Source of the DNA: Octopus bimaculoides
Taxonomy: Eukaryota
Length of the DNA: 64,000 nt
NCBI RefSeq assembly: GCF_001194135.2
Contig: NC_068993.1
Location: 4,062,843 to 4,126,842, forward strand
Direction: 5' to 3'
Part shown: positions 27,451 through 41,345 of the stretch, piece by piece
Position numbering within the stretch: the first letter of the stretch is position 1
Layout of the letters: the number at the start of each line of letters is the position of its first letter
Notes under the pieces: model-generated
Told to the model about the DNA's origin: nothing
Seen by the model: only the letters and a program-made list of their open reading frames with translations
Databases searched by the model: none
Translations under genes and position numbers: made by a program

Positions 27451-29364
27451 ATTGATACAAATACCTACTCGCATGCACGTACAAAATTGCAAGGTTGGGA
27501 GGCACAAACTCTCGCACTCTCCCTTTATAATAAACCATTGATAAGCAAGACTTTATGCTGCAGCCGCTTTTCTTCTCCGACTAATCTCTATAAAATGATT
27601 TCGCGCATATGTATATATATGTATTCATATTAACATACTCTTTATGTGTGTGATGTGTTTGTGCGTGTTTGTATGCATACATACTTTGGTACATAAACCT
27701 ATAAGTATATATACATTTGTGTCTGTTGTGTGTTCGCGCGCGTGTGTGTGTGTTCGGCTCTGATGGAATCTAAAAAAAAATGTAGGAAGCTGTTGTTAAT
27801 TTCAAACTGAAGTAATGGAAAATAGGTTGGAATGGAAGAGATGGCTAATTGTAGTGTGAGTATATGTACAACATATTTATATGTAATCTTCCATGTACGT
27901 GTGTGACTGCCTTTCTGTGTGGCTGTGTGCGTTGGCTTCAAGTGTAAGAGTTATTCAACATAGTATCCATGGGAAAGTGTCTGCATTATACCAAGAATAT
28001 AATTGATATATATATGCTAAAAAATTAAAATAATGTACACAAACGTATCCATACACATACACATCTACGAATATATAAATTCATATGTTATATATATCTG
28101 TGTTGGCTGTATGTGTCTGTATGTGTTTATGATAATATGTGTATACATGTATATATATATGTATGTACGTATGTATATTAAATATATATGCACACAGAGA
28201 GAGAGGGGGGGAGAGAGATTAGATAAATGCTCACTGACATTTATATATTAGTGTGTATACATTTGAATGGAGTTCACCCACCCACCTCTATCTCACCCCA
28301 GCTAATTTGAAATTAGTTTTTCTTTCTCTTACACACAGACTCATACACACTCACACATACACTTAACTTATCTAAAGGTTCTGGCACCATCTTGTCTCAA
28401 AGATTATCTCATAATTTTCTCTTGGAAATAAACTCTTCTGTACTACCAAGCTCTCCTCACATAACCACACAATAACGTCACGGTCTTTCTCGGCTCATAT
28501 CGCCTTTCTCTCACGCTTCTCTCTTTCTTTCGGTCTCTCTCTACTACACACAAGCGCGCGCATACACACGCACACACATGCAGTCATACATATACGCTCA
28601 CATGTACACACGCATATTCATATACATTCTTTCAGCGTCTCTCTTTATGCATCTTTCACTCTGTTTCTCTCTCTTTCGGTTTCTCTCTCGCTTCTCTCTC
28701 NNNNNNNNNNNNNNNNNNNNNNNNNNNNNNNNNNNNNNNNNNNNNNNNNNNNNNNNNNNNNNNNNNNNNNNNNNNNNNNNNNNNNNNNNNNNNNNNNNNN
28801 NNNNNNNNNNNNNNNNNNNNNNNNNNNNNNNNNNNNNNNNNNNNNTCTCTCTGTTTCTCATATTTCTGTTACAGTACATTATCACCATTCTTATTTTTTG
28901 GACTAACAGTCACATAAAACTGGATATTCCGTTATGTATGTGTATATGTAAATATCTATGTATCTGTATCTAATAAATCTTTAATATGTGTGTGTTTGTG
29001 TGCGTGCGTGTTTGTCTTTACATAGAAATAAAAGCGTTCGCACTACACACACCTCTTACTACACCGGTTGAAGAGGTAAGCGGCCACAAACATATTTATG
29101 TCTTGAATTGGTATCGTCTTTTACTGTCGTGGCTCCTTTCTCTTGATTTTATAGATACATGCTTTTTATTTCTATTTATATTTTTCAAATGAGGGTTGAT
29201 CTCAGTTCCATCGTACTTCTAATTAGATATAATGTTCTCTCGATGAATAAATTTAATTGCATTAGACAACTACTGTCTTGTGCTATACACTCAGATCGAC
29301 AAACCCTTTTGGGTGAGTTTAATAGACGGAAACAGAAAGAAGCTTGTCGTGTGTGTGTTGTCAA

Positions 29365-29500
29365 TAACCCATCTTCCTTAAATCACAGGCTACACTTTGA
29401 AAACGGATAGACCCTTTGGATAATGAAGACTTAGATACATTGTATCTGGGTAGCATAATAGATGAAATAATCACGGCTCGAATATACTGATCAAAAGTTT
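29365..29500 (+). mobile_element. RTE-type LINE RT remnant
   Basis: PLDNEDLDTLYLGSIIDEIITARI resembles the RTE motif VxxFxYLGSxI...EIxxRI. Confidence 0.45.
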
Positions 29501-29597
29501 TCTCGATCAGCGCTTACCTGGGTCTAAGCAACAGCAAAAACAATGACATAATCATGCATATAGAATTAGTATTGAAATAACTAGAAAAATATCCTAT

Positions 29598-30088
29598 CAG
29601 AGCCGCCTGAAGATATACTGAAATTGCTTTTAAAAATATATAAACCCGTATATCAATGAAAAATTATCTTCATAGCTAGAGATTTGAAATGAATTAATAT
29701 ATCAATTTTTATCAAATAGTATTGTCAACTAACTCTGCCTTTCTCTATTAATTTTCTCATTTTACTTTTCAGTTATTCCTAAATGTCATTTAATTTGAAC
29801 TGATGAGACAAATCATGTCGAAATAGTCTTGTCTTCAAATGTAAAGCAAGTAAATGTTATAGTTAAAATATAAAATTAAATTAGTTGTCACGAAACAATA
29901 TTATGTTTTTAAGTTATTATTCAGAGAGAACACAATTCCAGCAAGAACCCTCTCCTTTGAAACTCACTGAGCAACAAATAAGAAAAGAGGTTAAAGAATA
30001 TACCCCAGAATCCTACATGAAAGAAATCTATGATAGAAAAAAAAATTCATATTCTTTAATCCTGAACAAAGGAAAATCAGTCCAATAA
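29598..30088 (+). mobile_element. Putative Penelope-like element (PLE) end / pseudo-LTR remnant carrying a hammerhead ribozyme
   Basis: Frameshifted QSRLKI/TEIAF/KYINPYINEKLSS*LEI* resembles the C-terminus of PLE GIY-YIG endonucleases. It is followed by the hammerhead, a possible 75-84 nt intron and a short open frame. Confidence 0.45.
29789..29845 (+). ncRNA. Type I hammerhead ribozyme
   Basis: Stem I ATTTGAA(29793-99)/TTCAAAT(29834-40), extended by TTTA/TAAA across a bulged G. Core CTGATGA (29800-06). Stem II GACA/TGTC with loop AATCA. GAA plus A15.1 (29820-23). Stem III ATA/TGT with loop GTCT. GUC cleavage triplet, cut 3' of C29833. Confidence 0.85.
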
Positions 30089-30462
30089 ATGCAAAAAAAA
30101 ACCAAGCAGAAGAGAATATAATCAAAATATATATAAAAAAAAAATTCTTTAAATTTCAAGAGAAACGATAATTCTAATTCTGTTCATTACATTTAGATTA
30201 TCTTTCTATTTCTCCAAGCATTTGTATATTTTTAATAACAATAAATCTATTTTTCATGGAGGGTAACTGAAGAAGAAAATACATTAATCAAAACTGTGTA
30301 GCTGCTGCTTCAATTAAGTAATATCTAAAATTTACTGGCATGTTGGTTACCAGTGAAATATATTGGGAAACAAAAACGATATGAGCAATCATTACACACA
30401 CACACACACACACAAACTCATGTATACCCAAATATATCCATATATGCATACGCATAATCTAG

Positions 30463-30514
<52 letters not shown>

Positions 30515-31260
30515 CATACAAACATACATAGTTGTGTATAAACATATGTACACATAGATATAATTTCTGAAGCAAAAACGCTTGCCTCTTTTAAGAACAC
30601 ATCACAACCAATTGAACAAAGGAAAGGAAGATTTCCGTTTGATTTATCCAAAGAATATTCCCAAATGGCAAAGAATGATTTTATTTAATGAAATTTGGAA
30701 GATTTATATCTTCACAAAATTCAATTCTGTTAAAAATATGTGCCCACTTTCGTAAGAAGCCATCTTAGATTAGAGAGTCTTGATAAAATTTAACAGAAAT
30801 TTGACTAGGAGTTTGGAACATAATCAATAACAAGAGCGACGGAAAGCTGTATACTTCAGATTGAGGCTGTATAAAAAATCGATTTTCTTCTAAAGATGGA
30901 TGGATGTTGAGAAAATATATATCAAAGAATTAGATAGCCAATAAGACAAAGACATTAATGAATAGAATGCTATGGCGATAACCACTGATCTAATAGGCTT
31001 TCAGGCAAGAGTGTCCTCTTGTATTTCTCTCACAGCGCGCTAATATGGGCATAAATAGTTTAGAAGGAAAGATATATCCCGGAGTTGATTCCTATCATTG
31101 CTTCGTACTTTCTTCAATGTTGTTTATGTTTAAACTTTCCCTTTGATCTCTTCGACTATTTTTTCTTCTCCTGTATTTATCTTTCTATTTATCCGTTAAC
31201 ATATCAACCTGACTATCTCCTTATCTATTAAATTGATTTATTTCTAAATCAATTTATTTT

Positions 31261-31313
<53 letters not shown>

Positions 31314-32887
31314 TTATCTACATGTCAAAAAGTCTATCTGTCCGTTTATTTATCAACATACTTTCCGCCATGTATCTATCTATGTATCTGTCGATTTTAT
31401 AATTATAATTGAATGACCAACAATATGTTACAGTGAGGAACTTAATAGTCTTTAAAACGTAGGATTTAAAGTCATTTTTAATGCTGTAAGAAGTTCATAA
31501 ACAATCGGTAGATTGCGAAATAATTGCTTTGGGTACAATGGATCTTGGGGCATATAAACAACATATTTACGTGCTTCGGGATCCACTGTTCCAAAAAAGA
31601 ATAATTTCACCTTCTCTCGAATAGAAAATTCATAGATTTATTATGATGTCAACAATACCCCATACTCGTTAATAAGAATAAAGGTTCTGAAATGGACAGA
31701 AACATTCGCAGGGTAAGTTTGTTTACTTCAAAGTTAACATTACACTATGCACATTGTTTCGTATATAAAGGTACATCTTCAGATACAAATGATTTCGCAA
31801 AATGTGAATTTGTCTGTGTTAACTACATTTCAAAGATAGAGCCTTATATCTTTGTTGGAATCCAGCTCCCTCCACAGTCGAAAATTTATAACAATTAAAA
31901 AAATTGAAGATACATACATACATACATACATACATCTGTGGTGTATTTCAACAGATTGCAAAACCGTAAATATATCATCAAAGAAAATAGGTCACAATGA
32001 AAATCGTCCAATTATTTCCTGTATGAAATATGAGGTTTTACTGGGATATGTTGAATACTGAGAAATATCAGCATAGATCTATATAATTTTTAACGAGGAA
32101 ACCTCTAGCAAAATACCTATTACCTCTGATAAATTAGATATAAATATATAAATAAAAATTTGTTGAACCGCATCAATTTAGTATTTAAATTAGTTTGAAA
32201 AGGTAACAATTACACTCAACCAAGATGAAGCTATCCAACTTGAAATATATATTACGTGTCAGCTCGCAATAATAGTAAAATATTTTATTCAGTAGAGTTG
32301 TTAAGCTGCAGTATTTTTGCCCTAGGCCATTAATCATAGCTACTTAGGTATGGAACCAGATAGTTTTAGATACATTGGCAAGTGAGGTAAAGTAGATAGA
32401 TATTGAATTATCTGCTTTTAAATAATTTACTTTTCTTGTCATTCCAAATACAAGCATTGCTATTTGATAAGTTTTGCTAAATTTCAGAAATACTTTCAAA
32501 GCGATATATATTTATTGCTGCTTCTCACAGCCTACAGTCATATTCTTCATTATATTGGCTAAAATTCAAATGCATTGTTTATCATAAATATTCATGCTTA
32601 TAACCTTCATTATCTGCGAAAACAAATAATTTACTTTTACTCTCCCATTGTAATAAGGTACCAGTTACACGGTTTGCGCATATTTTCCTCTCATTGACTA
32701 CAAGACATACGAGTTTATCAGGAATATTTGCAAAACTTCATTATTCAAACACGCCGTTCACTTTCTTTCCTTCTTTCTTTCTTTCTTTCTTCCTTTCTTC
32801 ATTCCTTCTTTCTTTCTTTCTTTCTTCCTTTCTTCCTTTCTTTTTCCTTTCCTTCTTCATCGTCGTTAGGCTTACTATTATTATCAT

Positions 32888-32956
<69 letters not shown>

Positions 32957-34107
32957 CAAAAATAATTTGTGAGAATGTCCTAACAGGTCTTGCAGGTCCG
33001 GTGCCAATATTATCTGGGCCCAACAAACTTTGGCTATGTACTGTCTAGACGAAAGTTAAGATTGATAGGACTACGTACCAAAAGTAAGTACATCTCTGCC
33101 TGACAGTATCAAATTAGCATGAAAAAGAAGGAAAATAATCCAATTATGAATTTTGCAAGTGTTTATGGTTCTTCTTGCGTTTCTAAATCAAGCTTTCGGA
33201 GGTAGGCTCCAGTCTATACGTGAAGAGAGATTTTCTATATCCACCAGGATAATACACTTATTTTAAGTACTACACTTCCTCTTAGATTAATTCTCTTAGA
33301 TTAATTCTGCCAATTACTCCAGTGTTAACAGATCCATACCACTTTCCTCCTTACCTTTCTCCCACATATTTGCTGCCTCCAATGTTTATATTTCCATTGA
33401 CCTCTGCATTTAAATCTGCTATGTATTTTATTGAATAAAATAATTAATAAAAATTGAATTCAGTTCTAACAGGAGATTAGTAGAGAATGAAAACGCAAAA
33501 ACAAATATTTTCAAGACGTTTAGCTGAATGTAAACTGCACCATCTTCTGGTGCGCTTAACTTTCGAGAACACCCCCAATCCGTTCTCTGGGTCAGTTCTA
33601 CGCCAATCTATCTCCCCGGTTTCTTTAATTTCTACACACATCTCCAACACGTCCTCTACTCTACTGTTCTACCCCCACCTTTACCCACCCAGGGTTTGGT
33701 TTAAGTACAACTCTGTCTCACACCTAGCAGTAACAGAAACAGCAACAATAACCGCAACAACAACAACAATAAAACCTCAAACCACCCAGAATTAGTTCAG
33801 CCCACCCCTACTAACCTAGGCATCCTTTACGCCTTCCCTTCATCACTACCCTCTCCTCCACCGCAAGGTTAGTTCAGTACTGCAGTATCTTTTTTTTCCA
33901 CTGAATTTTAATACTTACCCACCATACTCTCACCTACACCGACCAGAATATGGCGTTAATCAAATACAGACGAAACTAAAATCTGTTGAAGAGAAAAAAT
34001 ATACTTTGCACGTATTACTCACCTTCTTCCTCTTTCAAATGCATTTATATGTATACATGTGTGAATATAGATGGAAACATGTATAAATACACACATACAC
34101 GCACACG

Positions 34108-34162
<55 letters not shown>

Positions 34163-34659
34163 GAATGTATGTGTGTGTGTGTGTGTATGAAAGTAAATCC
34201 AAGACATTAATTTAAGGAGATTTGCGTAAGCGAAATATACATACAGACAAGCAAATCAACAGACAAGTAGAAGCAGGCAATCAGACAATCAGGCAGAAAG
34301 GTTTTGTGTTGTTATATAAGACAGGATATGGCAAGGATTACTGAGTGTAAGAAGAAACAAGAGGAGAAACAAAATTGGTGAGGATGGCATGAAATAAGCA
34401 TAGGAACTCCAACAACAACTACAATCGCTACAACAAAAATAACGTCTGGTTTACAACTATTTCTGTAGCAGCTATAACTATAACAATGAGCCATGCTGTG
34501 CTCATCTGACGAGCTAGAAATAGCAACTTAAAATCACTCACAACATACTTGATCGTCTTAAGAAAAGGCATTTTAAATAAGAATGACTACAGCACATACC
34601 CAAGGCACACGGAGCTACGCTCGGTAGTGCAGTGAAAGCACGTTGTAAAAATAATATTA

Positions 34660-34662
<3 letters not shown>

Positions 34663-34743
<81 letters not shown>
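34663..34743. repeat. (AAT)n microsatellite
   Basis: Directly visible. Confidence 0.95.
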
Positions 34744-34744
<1 letters not shown>

Positions 34745-34922
34745 TCGATAATGTGGCAAAATCAACAATTGCACGAACAACAGAAAAATTAGAAACAACA
34801 GCCACAGAAATTACAACAGTATCAACAATAATTACAACCTCAAACTACAGCAACAACACCTACAACAGCGACTGTAACAATAATCACAACAGCAACAAAA
34901 ACAGCAGAAACGACATCAACAA

Positions 34923-34974
<52 letters not shown>

Positions 34975-35128
34975 TGCGATAAACTACCTAATATTAGCGG
35001 TGGTGTGGAAGCATGTCTTCCAGAGTCAAACCTCTGGGGGAAGGATAAGATAGAAGATTGCAGTAGATTATTTGGAGAGGTACGTGTTTGTTAGTGTGGG
35101 GTGGGGGTTTATGTATGTATATTTAGCG

Positions 35129-35214
<86 letters not shown>

Positions 35215-36089
35215 CATTAAATAAATAACAAATGAATGGGCAATTATGCAATGAACGTCATTAGCTTACAGCTGTTTCGAGCTTAAGATGCAGTGCTCTC
35301 AGAGCTGAGTGCTTGTGCATCACCTTACATTCTCCTGCGAGCTTCAAAAATGAAATGCTAGCTTTTTCGGAAAAGTATTTACATATATGGAAAAGATACC
35401 GTCGAAAAAATGTGCGTGTGTATATATTTTTGGGTGGGTTGTACACGTATGTGTATATACATCAACAAAAACGCCAGTGCATGTAGAGTGCACAGTTAGT
35501 TATTATATAATTCCATGAGAAGGCAGTTTAGTTGAACGAACCACAGGATTGCTCCTTCTTGAAATGTTGAAATTGAGAGAGAATGCAATTATTTGTTTGT
35601 ATGTTGAAGTGTGTTCACTTACATATCTGTGAAGTGTCAAGAGAGCTGCAATGTGCCAAGTTTCTTAGTGGAACCAAGAATTAGCTTGGGGTGAATTAGA
35701 TAAAGAAGCTGTGCAGAGACAGAACTTGAGATAAGGCACCACTGAATAACACATACATACATACTACACACACACACACACACAGATATAAGCTTACATA
35801 CGTCTTCTCTACATGTTTATAATCATGCTTTCGTTGGCATGTAAATGTAAATGTAAGCGCTCCCACATACATTGACATAAACACAATACCAATATGCTAT
35901 GATTCAAATGCGTGTGTGTGTGTGTGTATGTATATACGTGCCTATATATATTTATATATTTGTGTGTGTTTGTATATTTGTCTGTGAGTATAGTTGTGCA
36001 TATGTGTGTGTGTGTATCAGTGTGTCTGTGTGTGTATGAGACAGTTGCATATAAATATATAGATACACATTTAGATATAGTTAAAAACG

Positions 36090-36121
<32 letters not shown>

Positions 36122-36132
36122 AGTATGTATAA

Positions 36133-36180
<48 letters not shown>

Positions 36181-36648
36181 GTGCGTGTGTGTGGTTGTGT
36201 GTTTATAGATACACGTCCATACACACCTGCTAGTGAAGGGTAGTGAAGGAGGAAGAAATAAACTACAAGAATCTCTTCCTGATACGCTGCACAAGTGACA
36301 CAAGCTCTAAGTTCAAAAGATAGCAAGGATTTAGCTCACAAATACATTTTTCTTATGCACACACACATACACACGCACACACACACATACAGCGATATAC
36401 TCAGGTACGCGCGCGCGCGTGTGTATGTGAGAGAGAAAGAGTCAGCGTCTCTGTGTATATGCCATATATTTATATATTTACTTATACATTGCGTTTTGCC
36501 GTATTTTAGTAATATAACTTCCTTTGTTCGTTAACTTACAATAAAAGCAGCCTAGCATCCAAAGTAGAGGTCACCGTGTTGCGCTGTCTAAAGCCACCTT
36601 TTGGTGACTTCTTTGATCCCACGCAGACACCTGTTCTTGTCCTTCAAG

Positions 36649-36747
36649 GTGAAAATCTCCTACTCTCAATCTTCCATTTCTTCAATGATGAAGCGTTACG
36701 AGCGCAAGAATTGAGTTATGGATTGGAACAAGTAAAATCCGTAGGAG
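36649..36747 (+). CDS. Candidate internal exon, phase 1-1, (G)ENLLLSIFHFFNDEALRAQELSYGLEQVKSVG
   Basis: Acceptor CTGTTCTTGTCCTTCAAG, donor GAG|GTAAGT, 99 nt, only one frame open. An alternative acceptor lies at 36626. Product not recognised. Confidence 0.4.
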
Positions 36748-38410
36748 GTAAGTCGGACTATATGCTAGATGTGTCAGTAGTTCGATTCCCTTTAATTCCC
36801 TTTGGTTATTCTGGGTTGTTCAAGCGGTATGAGGTCTTGTGTTGTGTTACTGCGGAATAACTCGCTTTCCGTTAACCAGTGCCGGGTATTTTTGCTTACA
36901 AAATGGCATACATCCAAGATTATGCAACTGAGCTATTATATAATGAAGAATATTTGTGTGACTCTAGTTTAAAATAACTACAGTTTATCTGCGAGTCTTA
37001 TGAAGTGGCTGAAAGGGTTAAAGGCATCTGACTCTAAAACACTGTCTCAAAAAACGGACCATAATAAGTAAGACTAATGCTGTCATAGGACTTGCCAGGT
37101 TTAGTCCGACTTTAAAAAGAAAACAGGAAAAGCGTTGATTTTGTTTTAAAGAATGTTTTCTTAGTTATCTTTGAATCGATGATTTCAGCTCTGTTTAGAC
37201 TGACACGACCATTCCCGTTTCCTCATTACATTAAAGTAAATTTAATAAGAATGAATGCTAATATGGTATGATGTCTATAAACTCACTGGGTCATAGAAGA
37301 CACACGCGAAGATTTTATCTTTATGTTGTGTTCGTGTACCACTGGACAATTTACGTTACTGGAACTATTTTTCCCAGCTCTATGATATTGTTTTATGGGA
37401 AAATTATTAGCATGTTTTTTCTTCATAGCGATTACTGTTATAAAGGCTGTGTTTAATTTCTTAATTAATTGAAAAAATCCTGGGTTACGTATTGGTAGGT
37501 TAGCTTAAGATTCGAAATTTTGATCTAAACCATCATGTTCGGAGTACATTTCAAACATAACTATTAGATTACAGCATCGATCTGGACGTTTTCACATGCA
37601 ATTCTTTTCATTTTTATTTAGTTATTCTGTCCGTGTTTGGTGGCGTTCTCCGCTCTACTTATGCAAAGTGTTACAAATTGATGCTAACTAATTTGTCTTT
37701 GCGATAAGCAGGAAAAATAATTAATATTTTACATTTACGCCACACAATTCTGCTGTCTTCTAATTGGAAAACATTCCACTTATCAACACTTCAGACTTTT
37801 CCCTTCATATTAGCACATTATTTCTTCTAAAACAAACACTTCGTCTTTTACTTCTTATAACTTGAAAGATTTAAGATAATCATTAATTATTTCTGTTCCA
37901 GTTTCTATGTCTGTTGATTGTCTAATAGTTCCACTAATGGTTCATGGAAATACTTAAAGGAGTTTGCTCGTATCAGACATGGCTACTAATTTTGATTGAG
38001 GTCATCTAACAGACAATGTAACTCGTTTTGAAAGATGTTCAAAGATACATAGATAGCTATTCCTTGTGTTGACAGTTCTGCCAGTCACAGCTATCAATTC
38101 TGATTGAGATAAGAGAACAATTATATCGGTCCTCATTCTTCTGATAATTTCTGTCTTTCCGCCTCTTCAAAACTCCATGTGTTGCTACTACAGTCGCGGA
38201 AACTAGATTCAGTCCCACAGCTTGCTCTTCGTTCACGTGTTCTTTAAGATCCATTTGATGAGGATTGCCTCAAGCATAAAATCTCTGAGTAAAGAGATGT
38301 AAAGTGGCTTCAACAGCATTAAATTGACAAAATCACTCTCTCTTCTTCTCTTCACATTGACAGTAAGTTTATTTTCAAATTTAAAATATTTGCATAGACA
38401 ACCTCCTACA

Positions 38411-38453
<43 letters not shown>

Positions 38454-38454
38454 T

Positions 38455-38508
<54 letters not shown>

Positions 38509-41204
38509 TTTTGTATGTATGTTTGCCTATGTGTATGTATAATGTGTGTCTGTATTGTTCTTTTGTTTTACACATTTCTTGGTTTGGAATCACTTGTTTC
38601 TTATTACCAAAATTGCACCCCCCTATATACAGTAATACACAGGTGAGTGCGTGTCTGCGGCTGTGTGGGAGATTGAGTGTGTGTGTGAGTGTGCTTGAGT
38701 GTGTGTGTGTGTGTGTGTGTGTTAGTGATTGTTGTGAAACTATACAAAACACTGTGTTTACCTCGAGACTAAACAGGAGGTGATGGAGTGAAAAATCACC
38801 CTAAATGAAATCATTAGAAAATGTATAGTCCTCAGGTATGTGTATTGTGTTGGCACAAGAGAAAGGTAATTAACCATTACATAGATGAAGGATGTCTGTT
38901 TTAATCTGTGCTGTGGTCATTCTAGAACGATCCACAACCTTCACATGTCACTCATGTTTCTAAAGAAAAACTTGAATGTGGAAAGTGAGATACGTACGTA
39001 TGAAAGACATAAACATATGTATTAACAAATTGATAAGGGAACAAATAAAGTTTGTGAATATAAGCGACCAAGTTATTTTGGTGAATTGAACTAAGGCAGT
39101 CAGCGTTGTAGAGTTTTAGTAAAATAAATAAAAGTTCGTAATTAAAGTTGTCTGAGTAGATGACCGTCATATAACTGAAAGAGCTTTACACCGGCGAAAT
39201 ATATGTTATTCAACGAGAACAGACTTCAAAAACCTTAATTTCGTAGCTGTTTACTAAAGGTGTAATGTTCGATTGATTAAATCTTGTGGATTGTGTTCCA
39301 TGCGTTTACATGCGTACATACAAATTATACATGCATATATATGCATATATATCTATATGTATATGTATGTATACAGATATATGTGTGTGTGTGTGTGTGT
39401 GTAGCATGTATGTATATATATATANNNNNNNNNNNNNNNNNNNNNNNNNNNNNNNNNNNNNNNNNNNNNNNNNNNNNNNNNNNNNNNNNNNNNNNNNNNN
39501 NNNNNNNNNNNNNNNNNNNNNNNNNNNNNNNNNNNNNNNNNNNNNNNNNNNNNNNNNNNNNNNNNNNNNNNNNNNNNNNNNNNNNNNNNNNNNNNNNNNN
39601 NNNNNNNNNNNNNNNNNNNNNNNNNNNNNNNNNNNNNNNNNNNNNNNNNNNNNNNNNNNNNNNNNNNNNNNNNNNNNNNNNNNNNNNNNNNNNNNNNNNN
39701 NNNNNNNNNNNNNNNNNNNNNNNNNNNNNNNNNNNNNNNNNNNNNNNNNNNNNNNNNNNNNNNNNNNNNNNNNNNNNNNNNNNNNNNNNNNNNNNNNNNN
39801 NNNNNNNNNNNNNNNNNNNNNNNNNNNNNNNATATATATATATACATACACACATACATACATACATACACATGTATGTATGTGTATGTCTGTATATATG
39901 TATTTATGTATAAGGTAGGTATACTAAGAATCAATAAAGCGTGGCTTTGTTCCTCTGTTGAATTCACTAATATCAGAAGCTGTGTTGAAGAGAAAGAGTT
40001 TAGAAGTGAATCTCTTGCCTCATTTGTTGGCAAATCAAATTAGATTTTGCTCATGAAGATTGTGTATATAGAGAGGTTGTTGTATGTGCTGCAGTTATCC
40101 AGAATAACATAATCTACCTTATGTTCAACTTCTCTTTACAAACATATATTCAACTGAAAGACACTCGTATTCTATGTTGTGTCTGCTGTCGTTGCGGCTG
40201 CTACTGTTGTTGTCGTTGTTGTTGTTTTTGTTTCTGTTGCTCTCTGACCATTGGCTTTGGAGCTGCGGTACGTATTGCTGTAGTTGCTGTTACAGTTACT
40301 GTCATTGTTGTTGTTGTTGTTTTTGTTGTTCAAAACCTTCAGTCAGCCCTGATCGAGCCAGCTCTATCTACGCTACCAAAAGAGTCAGACAAACAGCTAA
40401 TCTGATTCCCACACTTTCAATGGTTTGGGGTCTAGCATAAGTCAGCCTAGTTCCAAGGCAACAAATAGACTCTGTGTTATTCAGAGGTTAGCAAAATTGA
40501 TGATGATGATGATAATGATGATGATGACCATGATAATCATCATCGTCGTCCTCATCATAATTATCATCAAATTTACACCAATAACAGAAACCAATATATA
40601 TNNNNNNNNNNNNNNNNNNNNNNNNNNNNNNNNNNNNNNNNNNNNNNNNNNNNNNNNNNNNNNNNNNNNNNNNNNNNNNNNNNNNNNNNNNNNNNNNNNN
40701 NNNNNNNNNNNNNNNNNNNNNNNNNNNNNNNNNNNNNNNNNNNNNNNNNNNNNNNNNNNNNNNNNNNNNNNNNNNNNNNNNNNNNNNNNNNNNNNNNNNN
40801 NNNNNNNNNNNNNNNNNNNNNNNNNNNNNNNNNNNNNNNNNNNNNNNNNNNNNNNNNNNNNNNNNNNNNNNNNNNNNNNNNNNNNNNNNNNNNNNNNNNN
40901 NNNNNNNNNNNNNNNNNNNNNNNNNNNNNNNNNNNNNNNNNNNNNNNNNNNNNNNNNNNNNNNNNNNNNNNNNNNNNNNNNNNNNNNNNNNNNNNNNNNN
41001 NNNNNNNNNNNNNNNNNNNNNNNNNNNNNNNNNNNNNNNNNNNNNNNNNNNNNNNNNNNNNNNNNNNNNNNNNNNNNNNNNNNNNNNNNNNNNNNNNNNN
41101 NNNNNNNNNNNNNNNNNNNNNNNNNNNNNNNNNNNNNNNNNNNNNNNNNNNNNNNNNNNNNNNNNNNNNNNNNNNNNNNNNNNNNNNNNNNNNNNATATA
41201 TATA

Positions 41205-41345
41205 TATGAGACGGGCTTCCACAAAAGTTTCTTCAACCAAATTCACTCAAGCATTGGTGTACAGGTGCTATACCAGAAAAGACATGCCCACAATGCCATC
41301 TAGTTGGATCGAGCCTGGAACCACGTGGTTGCAAAGCGGGAAACT
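41205..41345 (-). mobile_element. SINE family B, 5' half, diverged
   Basis: ACGGGCTTCC...CAAATTCACTCAAGCATTGG...GACATGCCCA...GAGCCTGGAACCACGTGGTTGC is the reverse complement of the family B head region. Confidence 0.7.

Noticed and set aside
34506-34530. CTGACGA-GCTA-GAAA-TAGC hairpin
   Set aside because: GAAA is the hairpin loop, not the core. The motif belongs to a dispersed repeat also seen near 55660.
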